Source: a bacterium
GTDB lineage: Bacteria > Bacillota > Clostridia > Oscillospirales > CAG-272
Assembly (NCBI GenBank): GCA_963643175.1
Contig: CAVIJF010000003.1
Location: 9,649-73,648, forward strand
Direction of reading: 5' to 3'
Length of the DNA: 64,000 nt
Positions 9,235 through 19,134 of this stretch are shown one piece after another (position 1 is the first letter of the stretch; every line of letters starts with the position of its first letter). The notes under the pieces were generated by a model that saw nothing but the letters and a program-made list of their open reading frames with translations, did not search any database and had not been told where the DNA came from. The position numbers and the translations under genes are program-made.

Positions 9235-10047
9235 TCAATGCTTTCCCAGCTTTGCCGTTTTGTCAAACGCCGCGCGAACCGCCTGTATGGCAGCGTTCCG
9301 GAAGCCGTTCTGCTCCAGCGCGGCGACGCCCTCAATGGTCGTGCCGCCGGGACTGCATACCGCATCCTTCAGCTCGCCGGGGTGCTTTCCGGTTTCCAGC
9401 ACCATGGCGGCACTGCCCCGGAGCATGGCGGCGGCGTAGGTCTGCGCCTTGGCGCGCGGCAGTCCGCACGCGACGCCCCCGTCCGCCAGCGCCTCGGCGA
9501 AGAGGTAGGCAAACGCGGGACCGCAGCCGGTCAGCGTGCCGGCGGCGTCAATCAGCTTCTCCGGCAGCTCGTCCAGCAGACCCGCCCCCGCCATCAGGGT
9601 GCGGAATTCCGCCATATCAGCGGCTGTCACGTGTGCGTTGGGGGCGCACAGGATGACGCCCTGCCCGATGGCGCAGGGGGTGTTGGGCATGATGCGCAGG
9701 ATGGGTCTGTCCGCCCCGAACAGCTCTTCCAGCCGCGCAAGGCTGATGCCTGCCAACATGGACACCAGCACCGTTCCGGGGGCAACAGCGGGCGCAATCT
9801 CCGCCGCCAGCTCCCCGATCATGCCCGGCTTGACGCCCAGAAACAGGAACCGGCAGGAGGCGGCAAGCGCCGCGTTGCTGTCGCCGGCGGGACAGCCCAG
9901 CCGCGCGGCGGCGGCGCGGGTATGCTCCGGCGTATGGCAGATAACCGCGATGCGGTCAGCGGGCAGGGCGCCCAGCGCCGCCTGCGCCAGTGCGCCCCCC
10001 ATGTTGCCGGCACCGATGAAGCCGGCGGTAATCGTAAAGTCCGACAT
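9235..10047 (-). CDS. proC: Pyrroline-5-carboxylate reductase
   Basis: N-terminal Rossmann motif GFIGAGNMGGALA and the C-terminal motif SPGGTTIEG. The ATG at 10047 follows GGGAGGAAAAAGCA. Confidence 0.92.
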   Translation of the reverse strand: MSDFTITAGFIGAGNMGGALAQAALGALPADRIAVICHTPEHTRAAAARLGCPAGDSNAALAASCRFLFLGVKPGMIGELAAEIAPAVAPGTVLVSMLAGISLARLEELFGADRPILRIMPNTPCAIGQGVILCAPNAHVTAADMAEFRTLMAGAGLLDELPEKLIDAAGTLTGCGPAFAYLFAEALADGGVACGLPRAKAQTYAAAMLRGSAAMVLETGKHPGELKDAVCSPGGTTIEGVAALEQNGFRNAAIQAVRAAFDKTAKLGKH

Positions 10048-10082
10048 TGCTTTTTCCTCCCTCGGCGGTAAACGGCAACCGC

Positions 10083-11351
10083 TTACCGCACCTGACCGTT
10101 TCCGGTGATGATGTACTTGTAGGTGGTCAGCTCGCAAAGCCCCATGGGTCCGCGGGCATGCAGTTTCTGCGTGGAGATGCCCATCTCACAGCCGAGCCCG
10201 AATTCGCCTCCGTCGGTGAAGCGGGTGGAGACGTTGACGTAAACGGCGGCACTGTCCACGGCGGCGGTAAAGCGGCGGGCGGCGGCGTCATCGGACGTCA
10301 CGATGCACTCGCTGTGCCCGGTGGAGTGTTGCGCGATGTGTGCGATGGCGTCCTCCAACGAATCCACCACGCGCACCGCCAGAATGTAATCCAGAAATTC
10401 CGTGTCGAAATCCCGCTCGCCGGCAGGGGTTCCCGGAATGATTGCGGCGGCGGCGCTGTCCAGCCGCAGTTCGACCGGTACCTCGCCCCGCGCCGCCCGC
10501 TCGTCCACGACAGCCGCCCGGAGACGGGGCAGGAATGCGGCAGCCGCCGCGCGGTGCACCAGACAGACTTCCGCCGCATTGCAGACCGACGGGCGGGAGG
10601 TCTTGGCGTTGACCATGATGCGCACCGCCATATCCGGATCGGCGGCTTTGTCCACGTACACATGGCAGATACCGGTTCCGGTCTGGATACAGGGCACCGT
10701 TGCGTTTTCCACGCAGGCGCGGATCAGCCCTGCGCCGCCGCGCGGAATCAGCAGATCGACCAGTCCGTCTGCCGTCATCAGCTCGGTCGCGCTCGCCCGG
10801 CTGGTGTCCTCCAGCAGGTTGATGCAGTCCGGCGAAACGCCCGGAACCGCCGCCTGCGCAATGCCCGCTTTGAGCGCCGCCATGACTGCGGAACAGGTGG
10901 CGTGCGCCTCCTTGCCACAGCGTAGGACGCAGGCGTTCCCGCTCCGGACTGCCAGCGCCACCGCATCGGAGGTCACGTTGGGGCGGCTTTCGTAAATGAT
11001 GGCAATCAGACCGAACGGCACCCGCACCTTGCGGATTACCATTCCGTTCGGGCGCGTTACCTCCGAGAGCACCGCGCCGACCGGGTCGGGCAGATATGCC
11101 ACATCCCGCACGCCCTGCGCCATGCCGGCAATGCGCTTGTCCGTCAGCAGAAGTCTGTCTGCCATGACGGGCGGAATGACCCCGGCGGACGCTTCCATGT
11201 CGCGTGCGTTGGCGGCGAGGATGTCCTCCCCGTGCGCCAGCAGGCTGTCTGCCATGCAGAGCAGGAGACGCTGCTTGTCCTCCTGTCCGACCGACGCCAG
11301 CACCGCTGCCGCCGCCTTGGTTCTGACCAGTATTTCATGCGTGGTCTGCAT
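10083..11351 (-). CDS. proA: Glutamate-5-semialdehyde dehydrogenase (gamma-glutamyl phosphate reductase)
   Basis: ALDH-like protein of 422 aa with a catalytic Cys context (RPSVCNAAE). It lies between proB and proC. Confidence 0.92.
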   Translation of the reverse strand: MQTTHEILVRTKAAAAVLASVGQEDKQRLLLCMADSLLAHGEDILAANARDMEASAGVIPPVMADRLLLTDKRIAGMAQGVRDVAYLPDPVGAVLSEVTRPNGMVIRKVRVPFGLIAIIYESRPNVTSDAVALAVRSGNACVLRCGKEAHATCSAVMAALKAGIAQAAVPGVSPDCINLLEDTSRASATELMTADGLVDLLIPRGGAGLIRACVENATVPCIQTGTGICHVYVDKAADPDMAVRIMVNAKTSRPSVCNAAEVCLVHRAAAAAFLPRLRAAVVDERAARGEVPVELRLDSAAAAIIPGTPAGERDFDTEFLDYILAVRVVDSLEDAIAHIAQHSTGHSECIVTSDDAAARRFTAAVDSAAVYVNVSTRFTDGGEFGLGCEMGISTQKLHARGPMGLCELTTYKYIITGNGQVR

Positions 11352-11353
11352 TC

Positions 11354-12136
11354 TTACACCTCCCGCATCCGTTTGCCGGACAGAAATTTCGTGCCGACCG
11401 GACGCCCCTCCGCAATATCGTAGAGCAGGAGCGGGTTCTGTCCGTTGGCAATCACCATATCCACGCCGGCGTCGCCCGCAATCTGCGCCGCCCGCAGTTT
11501 CGTCACCATGCCGCCGGTGCCCAGCGCGGAGCCTTTTCCGCCTGCCAGCGACAGAATATGCCCGTCCAGCTTCTCCACGACCGGAATCAGCCGCGCCTGC
11601 GGATTGATGTGCGGGTCGGCGTCGTACAAGCCGTCAATGTCCGAGAGCAGAACCAGCAGATCGGCGCCCACGCTGGCTGCCACCGTCGCGGACAGCGTGT
11701 CGTTGTCCCCGATGCCCAGCTCCTCGGTGGATACCGTGTCGTTTTCATTGATGATGGGCAGGACGCGGAACGTAAGCAGCCGCTCCAGCGTGTTGTGGAA
11801 GTTCTCCTTGCGCACCGGGTCGCCGATGTCCGGCGCGGTAATCAGGAGCTGTGCCACTGTATGGTTGTACTCGGCGAACAGCTTGTCGTAAATATACATC
11901 AGCTCGCACTGCCCGACGGCTGCTGCTGCCTGCTTGGTTGGGGCATCCGTGGGACGCGCACCGAGGTTCAGCTTGCCGACGCCCATGGCGATGGCGCCGG
12001 AGGACACCAGAATGATTTCATGCCCGGCGTTTTTCAGGTCGCTGATGACGCGGCACAGATCCGCCACGCGGCGGATATTGGTGCGCCCGGTGGAGTGGGT
12101 CAGGGTGGAGGTTCCGATTTTAATGACGATTTTCAT
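11354..12136 (-). CDS. proB: Glutamate 5-kinase (short form, no PUA domain)
   Basis: Amino-acid-kinase fold: [28 protein letters not shown]. It abuts proA with a 2-nt gap. Confidence 0.92.
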   Translation of the reverse strand: MKIVIKIGTSTLTHSTGRTNIRRVADLCRVISDLKNAGHEIILVSSGAIAMGVGKLNLGARPTDAPTKQAAAAVGQCELMYIYDKLFAEYNHTVAQLLITAPDIGDPVRKENFHNTLERLLTFRVLPIINENDTVSTEELGIGDNDTLSATVAASVGADLLVLLSDIDGLYDADPHINPQARLIPVVEKLDGHILSLAGGKGSALGTGGMVTKLRAAQIAGDAGVDMVIANGQNPLLLYDIAEGRPVGTKFLSGKRMREV

Positions 12137-12188
12137 GTCTTTTTCCGATTCCTGTATTCTTTATGTAGATGGATGCTGTCGCCGCCGG

Positions 12189-12242
12189 CTTAAGACTTCA
12201 CCGCGCAATTCCGATGGTGCAATTGTGTGGTGAAGCCTTAAG
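12189..12242 (-). terminator. Long stem-loop at the 3' end of the DUF624 gene, with no clear U-tract
   Basis: The minus strand reads CTTAAGGCTTCACC...GGTGAAGTCTTAAG, a 14-bp stem with one mismatch. It overlaps the stop codon and precedes proB. Confidence 0.35.
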
Positions 12243-13197
12243 GCTCAGCGGGGGTTTCCTGCGGCTTCACCGGGTCTATCATGTACTTTTTGATGACCGG
12301 CCAGACCGCGTAGGTGTACATGAACGCCGACAGCGCGGGGACGATGAGGAGGGGAATGGCGATGATGCCGTATATCCGCATCGGGATGCACACGGCAATC
12401 AGTCCCGCGCACAGTCCCAGCAGGACGACGATTCCCAGAATCGCCATCAGGTTGCGCTTGATGCCCAGTGCCGTGAAGATCAGCGCGTTCTTGAGTATCT
12501 TGCGTATCTTCATGTCGAATGTCACCAGCATGACATAGATGTAGAAGCGCATCACGATCCAGATGATGAACAGTGCCACAATCATGACGTACATAAAGTT
12601 GGTGAAGCCCGATGGCTCCGCGTAGTAGAAGTACTGGAAGTCAAAGGAGAGCGCGAAGAGGATGAGGCAGTCCCAGAGCCCTAAGAAAAACCCCTGCTTC
12701 AGGTTGCGGCGGATGGCGTAGAAGTAATCCGACAGGATGAATACGCCCTCCCCCTTGACTAGATTCCGCAGGATGTAGGCGGATCCGACCTTCTGCCAGC
12801 CGTAGGTGACAACCTGAAAGACCGCCAACCCGGCGATAATCCACCAGATGGGCGTATTGTAGGCGTGTACGCGGAAAAGACCGGAGAACAGACTCAGCAG
12901 CGTATTGCCGGTCGCCGTCGGTGCGGCGGTTTGCGCACCCAGCAGGGCAGGGTACAGCGCAAAGTACTGGCTGTCCGCCTTGGGTCCCGTGAAGTATGCA
13001 AAGAAGCACAGCAGGAGCGGCAGGAACTGCACAAGCAGCACGAGGTTCACCGAAACCAGCTTCCAGAACTTGCGCCCTAACAGCTTGAAGAAATACCCCA
13101 ATGTGGGGGTCGTGTCCTCCCCCTTTTCGACGCCGCGCCCGTCCCGCATGGGATTGAGCAGGCGCAGGGGACCTTTACCTTTTTTTGTGGAACTCAT
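12238..13197 (-). CDS. DUF624 / YesL-family integral membrane protein
   Basis: The N-terminus GVEKGEDTTPTLGYFFKLLGRKFWKLVSVNLVLLVQFLPLLL is typical of the family, followed by multiple TM helices. Confidence 0.7.
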   Translation of the reverse strand: MSSTKKGKGPLRLLNPMRDGRGVEKGEDTTPTLGYFFKLLGRKFWKLVSVNLVLLVQFLPLLLCFFAYFTGPKADSQYFALYPALLGAQTAAPTATGNTLLSLFSGLFRVHAYNTPIWWIIAGLAVFQVVTYGWQKVGSAYILRNLVKGEGVFILSDYFYAIRRNLKQGFFLGLWDCLILFALSFDFQYFYYAEPSGFTNFMYVMIVALFIIWIVMRFYIYVMLVTFDMKIRKILKNALIFTALGIKRNLMAILGIVVLLGLCAGLIAVCIPMRIYGIIAIPLLIVPALSAFMYTYAVWPVIKKYMIDPVKPQETPAEP

Positions 13198-13784
13198 GAC
13201 TGTGTCCTTCCTTTTCGGGTTCAGGTATCACCGCACAATCCGTGTCCGGCGCACTTGCATCACCGGAACTGTGCTGTGAAACTTTTTTTATATCTATATC
13301 GGCACCGTGTGCAGAGTATTCCTTAGGGCGAGCAACAGTGCCGTGCGCGCGAGGAACGGCACCGGAACCGACAGCAGTGCCGCGAACACCCGCGCCCAGA
13401 ACAGGACGGATGCACACCCGCCGGCAGGTGGGCGGATACGACGCGCGCGGCGTCCGCACCGTTCATGCACAGGCGTGCCGACAGGAATCCGACCGCTGGC
13501 GTACCGAGCGAAATCAGTCCGTCCACGCAGAGTCATGCCCGGACGGGCAGGCGGGACAGGGTGCCCCGGGCGGCGGAAACAGCGGACAGCAGGGGCAGAA
13601 GTCTTCCGGAATTACGGCTCATAGCAGAACCTCCGTTACAGAAACGTATCGGCAGAGTGTATGAGCGGGCGGCGGGCGGTATGCAGTCCACGCCCAGAAT
13701 GTTATCCTACAGTATAACAAAAAAATGTGTTTCTGGTATGAACAAACGCGGTCGGAGAAAAGTATTTTTGCCCGGATGAGGTGC

Positions 13785-15152
13785 TCATTCCACTTCCCTC
13801 GTCAGCTTCTTGATCCATGTGTACCGGTTGACCTTGATACAGCCGGGGATGCACTTGAGAACCTGATCGGCGTTGAGGCAGCAGATGACCGCCACGGGGG
13901 ACCACTTGAAAACGAACGCCGCCAACAGGGACAGCGGAATCACGATGACCCAGATGTTGATGAGGTCGTTCCAGAATACGAATTTTGCGTCGCCGCCGCC
14001 CCGGATAAGCCCGATGATGGTCGGCATTTCATAGGCAGTGCCGAAGCCGGTGAAGCACAGAACCAGAATAAACTGCTCCGCAAGGCGGTAGGTTTCGTCC
14101 GACATATCGTACAGCGACAGGATGGGGTAGCGCAGGGCGAACAGCAGGAGACTGGTGCACAGCCCGATTCCGAGAAACATGAGCTGGAGCGTGCGGGTAT
14201 ATGCCTTGATTTTGTCCATCTGCCCGCTGCCGATGGCGGTTCCGATCAGGATAGATGCCGCCGATGCCGCGCCGACCGAGGCGACTTTAAGCGTCTGGAA
14301 CAGCGTGGATGCCACCGAGTTGGCGGCGATGGCGTTGGCGTTCATGTGCCCTAAAATGGCGGTCTGGAGTGCCACTGCCACGCCGAACATCAGGGAGGTG
14401 AACAGCATGGGGCGGACGAGCCGCAGGAAATCCTTCATCAGCTCCCGGTCGGGGTGGAAGATGTCGGCTATCCGCCAGCCGAGCTTCCTGTCTGCCTTCA
14501 GGGCAAACACCAGCACCACGGTGAATTCCATGGCGCGTGCCGCCGTTGTGGCGATGGCGGCGCCGGTGGCGCCCAGCGCCGGGGCACCCAGATGCCCGCC
14601 AATCAGCAGGTAGTTGAGTGAGATGTTGACGATCAGTGCCGCCAGCGAGACCCAGAAGCCGATGCGCACGGTCTCCACACTCCGGAGCATGGCGAGCAGA
14701 ATCTGACTCAGGGCGAAGAGGAGGTAGGAGTATTTCATGACACGCAGATACTCCACGCCGGCGGCGCGGATGGCGGGGTCGGGCGTGAAAATGGCGAGGA
14801 TGCCCTCCGGTGCCACGCAGGCGGCGACAAACAGGAACAGGGATATACCCGCGCCGACCAGAAACGCGCCGGGCAGAAATTTGCGGATGGCATCCGGACG
14901 GTTCTTGCCCCAGTACTGACTTCCCAGCACCACGATGCCGTCCCCCACGCCCATCATGAGCTGCTGGAACACGAACTGAACCTGATTGACGGCGCTGACG
15001 CCGGACATGGCGATTTCACTGTATGCGCCGATCATCACGTTGTCGGCAAGATTGACGCCGAGCGTGATGATATTGTACAGAACCAGCATGAACCAGATGG
15101 AAAAGAAGCGCTTATAGAACGCCGGATCGCGGACGATTGTGTCGGACTTCAT
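13785..15152 (-). CDS. MATE family efflux transporter
   Basis: 455 aa with about 12 TM helices and a MatE-type duplicated architecture. Confidence 0.85.
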   Translation of the reverse strand: MKSDTIVRDPAFYKRFFSIWFMLVLYNIITLGVNLADNVMIGAYSEIAMSGVSAVNQVQFVFQQLMMGVGDGIVVLGSQYWGKNRPDAIRKFLPGAFLVGAGISLFLFVAACVAPEGILAIFTPDPAIRAAGVEYLRVMKYSYLLFALSQILLAMLRSVETVRIGFWVSLAALIVNISLNYLLIGGHLGAPALGATGAAIATTAARAMEFTVVLVFALKADRKLGWRIADIFHPDRELMKDFLRLVRPMLFTSLMFGVAVALQTAILGHMNANAIAANSVASTLFQTLKVASVGAASAASILIGTAIGSGQMDKIKAYTRTLQLMFLGIGLCTSLLLFALRYPILSLYDMSDETYRLAEQFILVLCFTGFGTAYEMPTIIGLIRGGGDAKFVFWNDLINIWVIVIPLSLLAAFVFKWSPVAVICCLNADQVLKCIPGCIKVNRYTWIKKLTREVE

Positions 15153-15185
15153 GTGACGTAACCGGTTCCTTTCTGACAGAACATC

Positions 15186-15211
15186 AAAAAGCGAACCGTT
15201 TCCGGTTCGCT
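15186..15211 (-). terminator. Intrinsic terminator of rpsU
   Basis: The minus strand reads AAGCGAACCG-gaaa-CGGTTCGCTTTTT. Confidence 0.75.
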
Positions 15212-15224
15212 TGATGAATACAAA

Positions 15225-15401
15225 TCACTTGTACTTTCTCTTGCGGGCTGCCTCGGACTTCTTCTTCCGCTTTACGCTGGGCTTCTCATAGCACTCGCGC
15301 TTACGCAGCTCCACCAAGGTCCCCGAGCGGGCAACCTGACGCTTAAAGCGGCGGATTGCACTGTCCAAAGGCTCGCCTTCCTTGACTCTTACCTCTGCCA
15401 T
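15225..15401 (-). CDS. rpsU: 30S ribosomal protein S21 (58 aa; below the 60-aa cutoff of the ORF track)
   Basis: Hand translation gives [61 protein letters not shown] is GAGGGGAGGGAAAACAGGA. Confidence 0.9.
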   Translation of the reverse strand: MAEVRVKEGEPLDSAIRRFKRQVARSGTLVELRKRECYEKPSVKRKKKSEAARKRKYK

Positions 15402-15470
15402 TCCTGTTTTCCCTCCCCTCGCATCAGCCGGAGATGGTCCCCCCGATATACGAGGCGAACTCTACGCCTC

Positions 15471-15499
15471 ATTATACCCGATTTCCGGTGAATTGTCAA
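15471..15499 (-). promoter_or_regulatory. Sigma-70-type promoter of rpsU
   Basis: The minus strand reads TTGACA-17 nt-TATAAT. Confidence 0.6.
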
Positions 15500-15529
15500 G
15501 AGGAAAATGAAATTTTCCCAAAATTGAGC

Positions 15530-15870
15530 GGCGGTGCCGGTGCAGGGGTGCCGGGGACAAACCCCTTCCGGTACCGCAAACTGTCCGGCAGGCAGTGCTC
15601 CTTCCGGTATAGGCACCGGGGTACCGGGGTGTTCCCCGAAGCAGTGCCGCCTCCGGCGCCGATGCGGGGTTGCAGGGGGCGAAGCCCCTTGCAAAAGAAA
15701 GCAAAGAATCTCCCCCCCCTTCCCCGGAGCGGGCAAACGATTTGCACGGGGGCATGGCAAAACAGGCAACGCGGGGGCACTTCTCCGCCGGAAACCGGGG
15801 CGGCAGGATAATACCGTGCCGCCGGGAAATATTCCCCGCCATCCCCCGACACCGAAAAAGCAGCAATTGT
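15530..15870 (+). repeat. GC-rich intergenic repeat, copy B (hairpin 2 and tail degenerate)
   Basis: CCTTCCGGTACCGCAAAC module, then hairpin 1 TGCAGGGGGC-gaa-GCCCCTTGCA at 15671-15693, then AAAGAAAGCAAAGAATCTCCCCCCCCTTCCCC. Confidence 0.75.
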
Positions 15871-15902
15871 TCCTCCCCGTACCAAATGTAATAAAATCAG
15901 CA

Positions 15903-15931
15903 TTGACTTTTGCATAAAACTGTGGTATACT
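15903..15931 (+). promoter_or_regulatory. Sigma-70-type promoter of the 105-aa ORF
   Basis: TTGACT-17 nt-TATACT with an extended -10 TG. Confidence 0.55.
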
Positions 15932-16046
15932 GTAGGCGGATAAGAGTCCGATTGCCCCGGCGGCGGAATCCGGCGGGGGAACGGTCAGAAAAGGCGTCTG
16001 AGAACGCAGGGCAGTCCCCGGTCGCGGGGGCGGAGAGGAGTATACC

Positions 16047-16364
16047 ATGAGTGACGAAAAACTGAGTCCCATCAATGTTACGGGAGCACCGCTGGTCGGC
16101 GGCTCCTACCTGATGTATAAGGATCGGCCGCTGGTGCGGGAGGGCGATACCATCTGCTACGGCGATATGACGGAAAAATATATACTGGTCATGGATATCA
16201 TGAGCTATAAGGATGAGAGCGGCACCCGCGTTCCGAATGATGTGTTCGTCAGCGTGGTGGAAACGGCAGACCAGAATAAGGTATACCGGCAGGGCGGCAA
16301 GAAGGGACTGTACGAGGCGTTCGGGTACGGCATTATCTGGTTGGAGCAGGCGCTGGCAAAGTAA
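16047..16364 (+). CDS. Hypothetical soluble protein, 105 aa
   Basis: RBS GGAGAGGAG sits 7 nt before the ATG. Composition is balanced, and the gene has its own promoter and terminator. I recognise no family. Confidence 0.6.
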   Translation: MSDEKLSPINVTGAPLVGGSYLMYKDRPLVREGDTICYGDMTEKYILVMDIMSYKDESGTRVPNDVFVSVVETADQNKVYRQGGKKGLYEAFGYGIIWLEQALAK

Positions 16365-16424
16365 GGAACCCGTGGAGGCACACGAACGGTGCACTTTCGG
16401 GAACCCATAAGTACGGAACAAAAA

Positions 16425-16454
16425 GGGGCTTCCGCCGTGCGGACGCCCTTTTTT
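16425..16454 (+). terminator. Intrinsic terminator after the 105-aa ORF
   Basis: GGGGCTTCCGC-cgt-GCGGACGCCC followed by TTTTTT. Confidence 0.6.
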
Positions 16455-16472
16455 CCGGGAAATGAAAGGACA

Positions 16473-17582
16473 ATGGCAATGTGTTTTGATACGTGTGAGG
16501 ATATTCTGTGCGAAAGTATTGCGGGGGACGTGATTCCCTCGGCGGCGTTCGCCATCGGGCAGGGGAGGGAGGTGCTGCGCACCGGCGTGCTCGGGGATCG
16601 GACGCGGTTCCCAGTGCCGGAAAAGGCGGACAGGGAGACACTGTACGATCTGGCATCGCTGTCCAAGTTGGTCTCTACCACCATGGTTGCCCTGCGGCTG
16701 GTGGAGCAGGGGCGCCTGCTCCTGTCCGACCCGCTGTCGCGCTGGTTTACACCGGAGGAACTGGAGGGGGCGCCGGAAGGACGCGCCGATGTGACGGTAT
16801 TCCGGCTCATGACGCACACCTCCGGCATCACGCCGCACATCGCCCTCTGCAACAGGCTGGAAACGCCGGAGCCGGGTGCTGTGGCGCACGCAATCCTGTC
16901 CTCCGTGCCGTTCTGCCGCCCCGGCGAGCAGGTGTACTATTCCTGCATGGGGTATATCCTGCTCCAGACCGTGCTGGAGCGGCTGACCGGGCGGCGGCTG
17001 GACGATCTCGCGCAGGAGTACGTCTTTGACCCGCTGGGCATGACGCACACGGGCTACAATCCGACCTCCGGCAACGTGGTGACGACCGAATTTTCTCCCC
17101 TGCACAAGGAGTATATCAAGGGACACGTGCACGACGAGAACGCATATTTCCTCGGCGGCGTGTCCGGAAACGCTGGCGTGTTCGCGCCGCTCGACGACAT
17201 GATCCACTTTGCCGTCATGTGTTCGACCCATGGGGAACTGCCCGGCGCGGCATTCGGCACGGCGGAGGGGCGCTTTTTGTCCCCCTGCACCTTTGCGGCG
17301 GCAATCCGCGATTATACGCCGGGGCTTGCCGAATCGCGCGGACTGGGCTTTCAGCTCAAGCCGCCCCTGCCCGCGCTGTCCTCCGCAGGCGACCTCATGG
17401 CGGACGGTTCCTTCGGGCACACCGGCTTTACCGGGACCTCCCTGTGGGTGGATGCGCAGAGCGGTCTGTGGGGCGTCCTCCTGACCAACGCCGTCCATTT
17501 CGGACGCGACAAGACCGCGTTCTTCCGCGTGCGCCGCGCCTTTTACAACGCCATGGCGGCGGGGCAGGGCAGGTGGCAGTGA
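16473..17582 (+). CDS. Serine hydrolase, beta-lactamase (class C / PBP4*-like) family
   Basis: SxxK motif (ASLSKLV) near the N-terminus and overall beta-lactamase-family length. The start is taken at the ATG at 16473. Confidence 0.75.
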   Translation: MAMCFDTCEDILCESIAGDVIPSAAFAIGQGREVLRTGVLGDRTRFPVPEKADRETLYDLASLSKLVSTTMVALRLVEQGRLLLSDPLSRWFTPEELEGAPEGRADVTVFRLMTHTSGITPHIALCNRLETPEPGAVAHAILSSVPFCRPGEQVYYSCMGYILLQTVLERLTGRRLDDLAQEYVFDPLGMTHTGYNPTSGNVVTTEFSPLHKEYIKGHVHDENAYFLGGVSGNAGVFAPLDDMIHFAVMCSTHGELPGAAFGTAEGRFLSPCTFAAAIRDYTPGLAESRGLGFQLKPPLPALSSAGDLMADGSFGHTGFTGTSLWVDAQSGLWGVLLTNAVHFGRDKTAFFRVRRAFYNAMAAGQGRWQ

Positions 17583-17609
17583 CGGAAGAAACAGCGGACG
17601 GTGCCGTGC

Positions 17610-18764
17610 TCAGGGGTTACCTTCTGACTCCTCCTGACCGAAAGTCACGTCGATTCCGTTGACCTCCGCACCGTCGTCGGCACGGACGAGAATGTACCGG
17701 ACGCCGCCGATGATGCGGGTTTCAATCAGGTCGGCTTTCTCCGGGTTGACCCGGATGGTGACATCCGGGGTTTTTACCTCAAACCGGCGGGTATCGACGA
17801 GGTTGCGGGGGCTGACGACGGCGTCGGAGCCGAAACTGCGGTCGAACTTTTCCTCAAAAGCGCGGATGCCCTCCTCCGGAACGCCGCCGAAGCCCAGCAT
17901 ATCCCGCAGGGCGTACTTGTCCACGGTCAGCGGCTCCGGCTCTTTGGATGCCTTGTGATCCTCCACCGCCTGGCAGATCTGCGCGCGCACCGCCCGCACA
18001 ACCGGCAGACTGCACGCATCCCCGACCGATTCCGCCAGCACATTGCGGAAGGTTTCCTGCTGGGTGGCGGCAGGCATGGGCAGCTTGCCGGTGCGGAATA
18101 CGGCGTCGGTGAATTCCTCGTGGCTGTCGCCGGTGTCGCGGGTGTAGTACAGCGCACCGTACAGATTGGTAGAGCGGTTGTCAAAGGCGGGGAACAGGAA
18201 ACCCAGCGCGGGCGCCGAGACCACGGAATCGGCGGTGATGTTGCGGAAACAGTTGTCCCGGACAAAGTAGGACAGTGCGGGCTTTGCCATACTGACCGGG
18301 CAGACGGCGCAGAGGATGTAGCGGAATATTTCGCCGGAGTCCTCCGAGCGCCCGCCGTCCTTGTGGTAGGAGAACACATCGTAGCTGTCGTGGCAGAGCA
18401 GAATCATGTAGTTCCCCTCCAGTGCCAGCGCCCCGATGACCTTCTCGTAAAAGGCGTGTACGGCGGCATCGTCGCCGAGGGCGCTCTCCCGCATGGTCAT
18501 GAGCAGGCGGTGCTCCCCGCCGGACTGCACCTGCGCGGTCGAAAAGGCGATGTCCATCAGGTTGGTTCCGACCTTTCCGGACAGCGCCTTCCGGAGCAGC
18601 GTCAGCACTTCTTCCGCCTCGCTTTCGGACATCAGTCCCAGCGATTGGTCAAATTCGGATATGATGGCGCGCTTCTCGTTGACATAGCATCCCCGGATGC
18701 GGGAGATGCCGCTCTTGTCCGCCTTGTAGCGGCGGCGGATTTCGGATATTTCTTTATCGTTCAC
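17610..18764 (-). CDS. DUF4317-like protein (384 aa), function unknown
   Basis: The N-terminus MNDKEISEIRRRYKADKSGISRIRGCYVNE resembles what I recall of DUF4317 proteins of Clostridia. This is from memory only. Confidence 0.55.
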   Translation of the reverse strand: MNDKEISEIRRRYKADKSGISRIRGCYVNEKRAIISEFDQSLGLMSESEAEEVLTLLRKALSGKVGTNLMDIAFSTAQVQSGGEHRLLMTMRESALGDDAAVHAFYEKVIGALALEGNYMILLCHDSYDVFSYHKDGGRSEDSGEIFRYILCAVCPVSMAKPALSYFVRDNCFRNITADSVVSAPALGFLFPAFDNRSTNLYGALYYTRDTGDSHEEFTDAVFRTGKLPMPAATQQETFRNVLAESVGDACSLPVVRAVRAQICQAVEDHKASKEPEPLTVDKYALRDMLGFGGVPEEGIRAFEEKFDRSFGSDAVVSPRNLVDTRRFEVKTPDVTIRVNPEKADLIETRIIGGVRYILVRADDGAEVNGIDVTFGQEESEGNP

Positions 18765-18876
18765 GGTTGTTAAGCTCCTTACGGGCGGTGCCCGGAAAAA
18801 ATACAGAAGGAAACGCGGAGTAAACGGTAAACGGCGTGCCCGTTTATCCGCAGTTCCGGAAAGGGAGGACTTGGAA

Positions 18877-19101
18877 ATGGAAGAGATGCGGAAAAGAAAC
18901 GAACGGCAGACGGTGCCGAAAAAGTCTGCCGCACGGTGCGAGGACTGTGAATTTTACGACTACGACGAGACATGGGAAACCTACACCTGCCGCGTGTCGT
19001 TGGATGAGGACGAGATGGGACACTTCATGTCCGGGCAGACCGGACGCTGCCCCTACTTCCGGTACTACGACGAGTACAAGAGCGTACACAAGCAGATTTA
19101 G
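18877..19101 (+). CDS. Small Cys-rich protein (74 aa, CxxC...C...C, acidic), putative zinc ribbon
   Basis: RBS GGGAGGA sits 7 nt before the ATG at 18877. Sequence: CEDCEFYDYDETWETYTC...GRCPYF. Confidence 0.55.
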   Translation: MEEMRKRNERQTVPKKSAARCEDCEFYDYDETWETYTCRVSLDEDEMGHFMSGQTGRCPYFRYYDEYKSVHKQI

Positions 19102-19134
19102 AAATCAACCAACTGTTTAGTTTCCCGCACCTCC

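Noticed and set aside
12137-12237. T-box or other riboswitch upstream of proB, as in Bacillus proBA.
   Set aside because: Only about 100 nt are available, and most of that is a single long hairpin at the end of the upstream gene. I found no specifier loop or T-box sequence.
13242-13664. Plus-strand ORFs in the 13.2-13.8 kb gap (13242-13664, 13307-13624, 13465-13779).
   Set aside because: They are Arg/Pro/Gly/Ala-rich with no RBS and overlap one another in different frames. Only the minus-strand signals (promoter, GGAGG, ATGA coupling) look organised, and even those are reported only as low-confidence.
15389-16075. Track ORFs that span the intergenic repeats. Examples: 15389-16075, 15434-15917, 2047-2625, 7398-7807, 23857-24427, 30547-31054 and 35661-36164.
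   Set aside because: They cross promoters and terminators, have no RBS, and read as Arg/Gly/Pro-rich low-complexity sequence in several overlapping frames. The similarity between copies is at the nucleotide level and includes indels that break the frame. The 15389 ORF also masks the genuine 58-aa rpsU gene.
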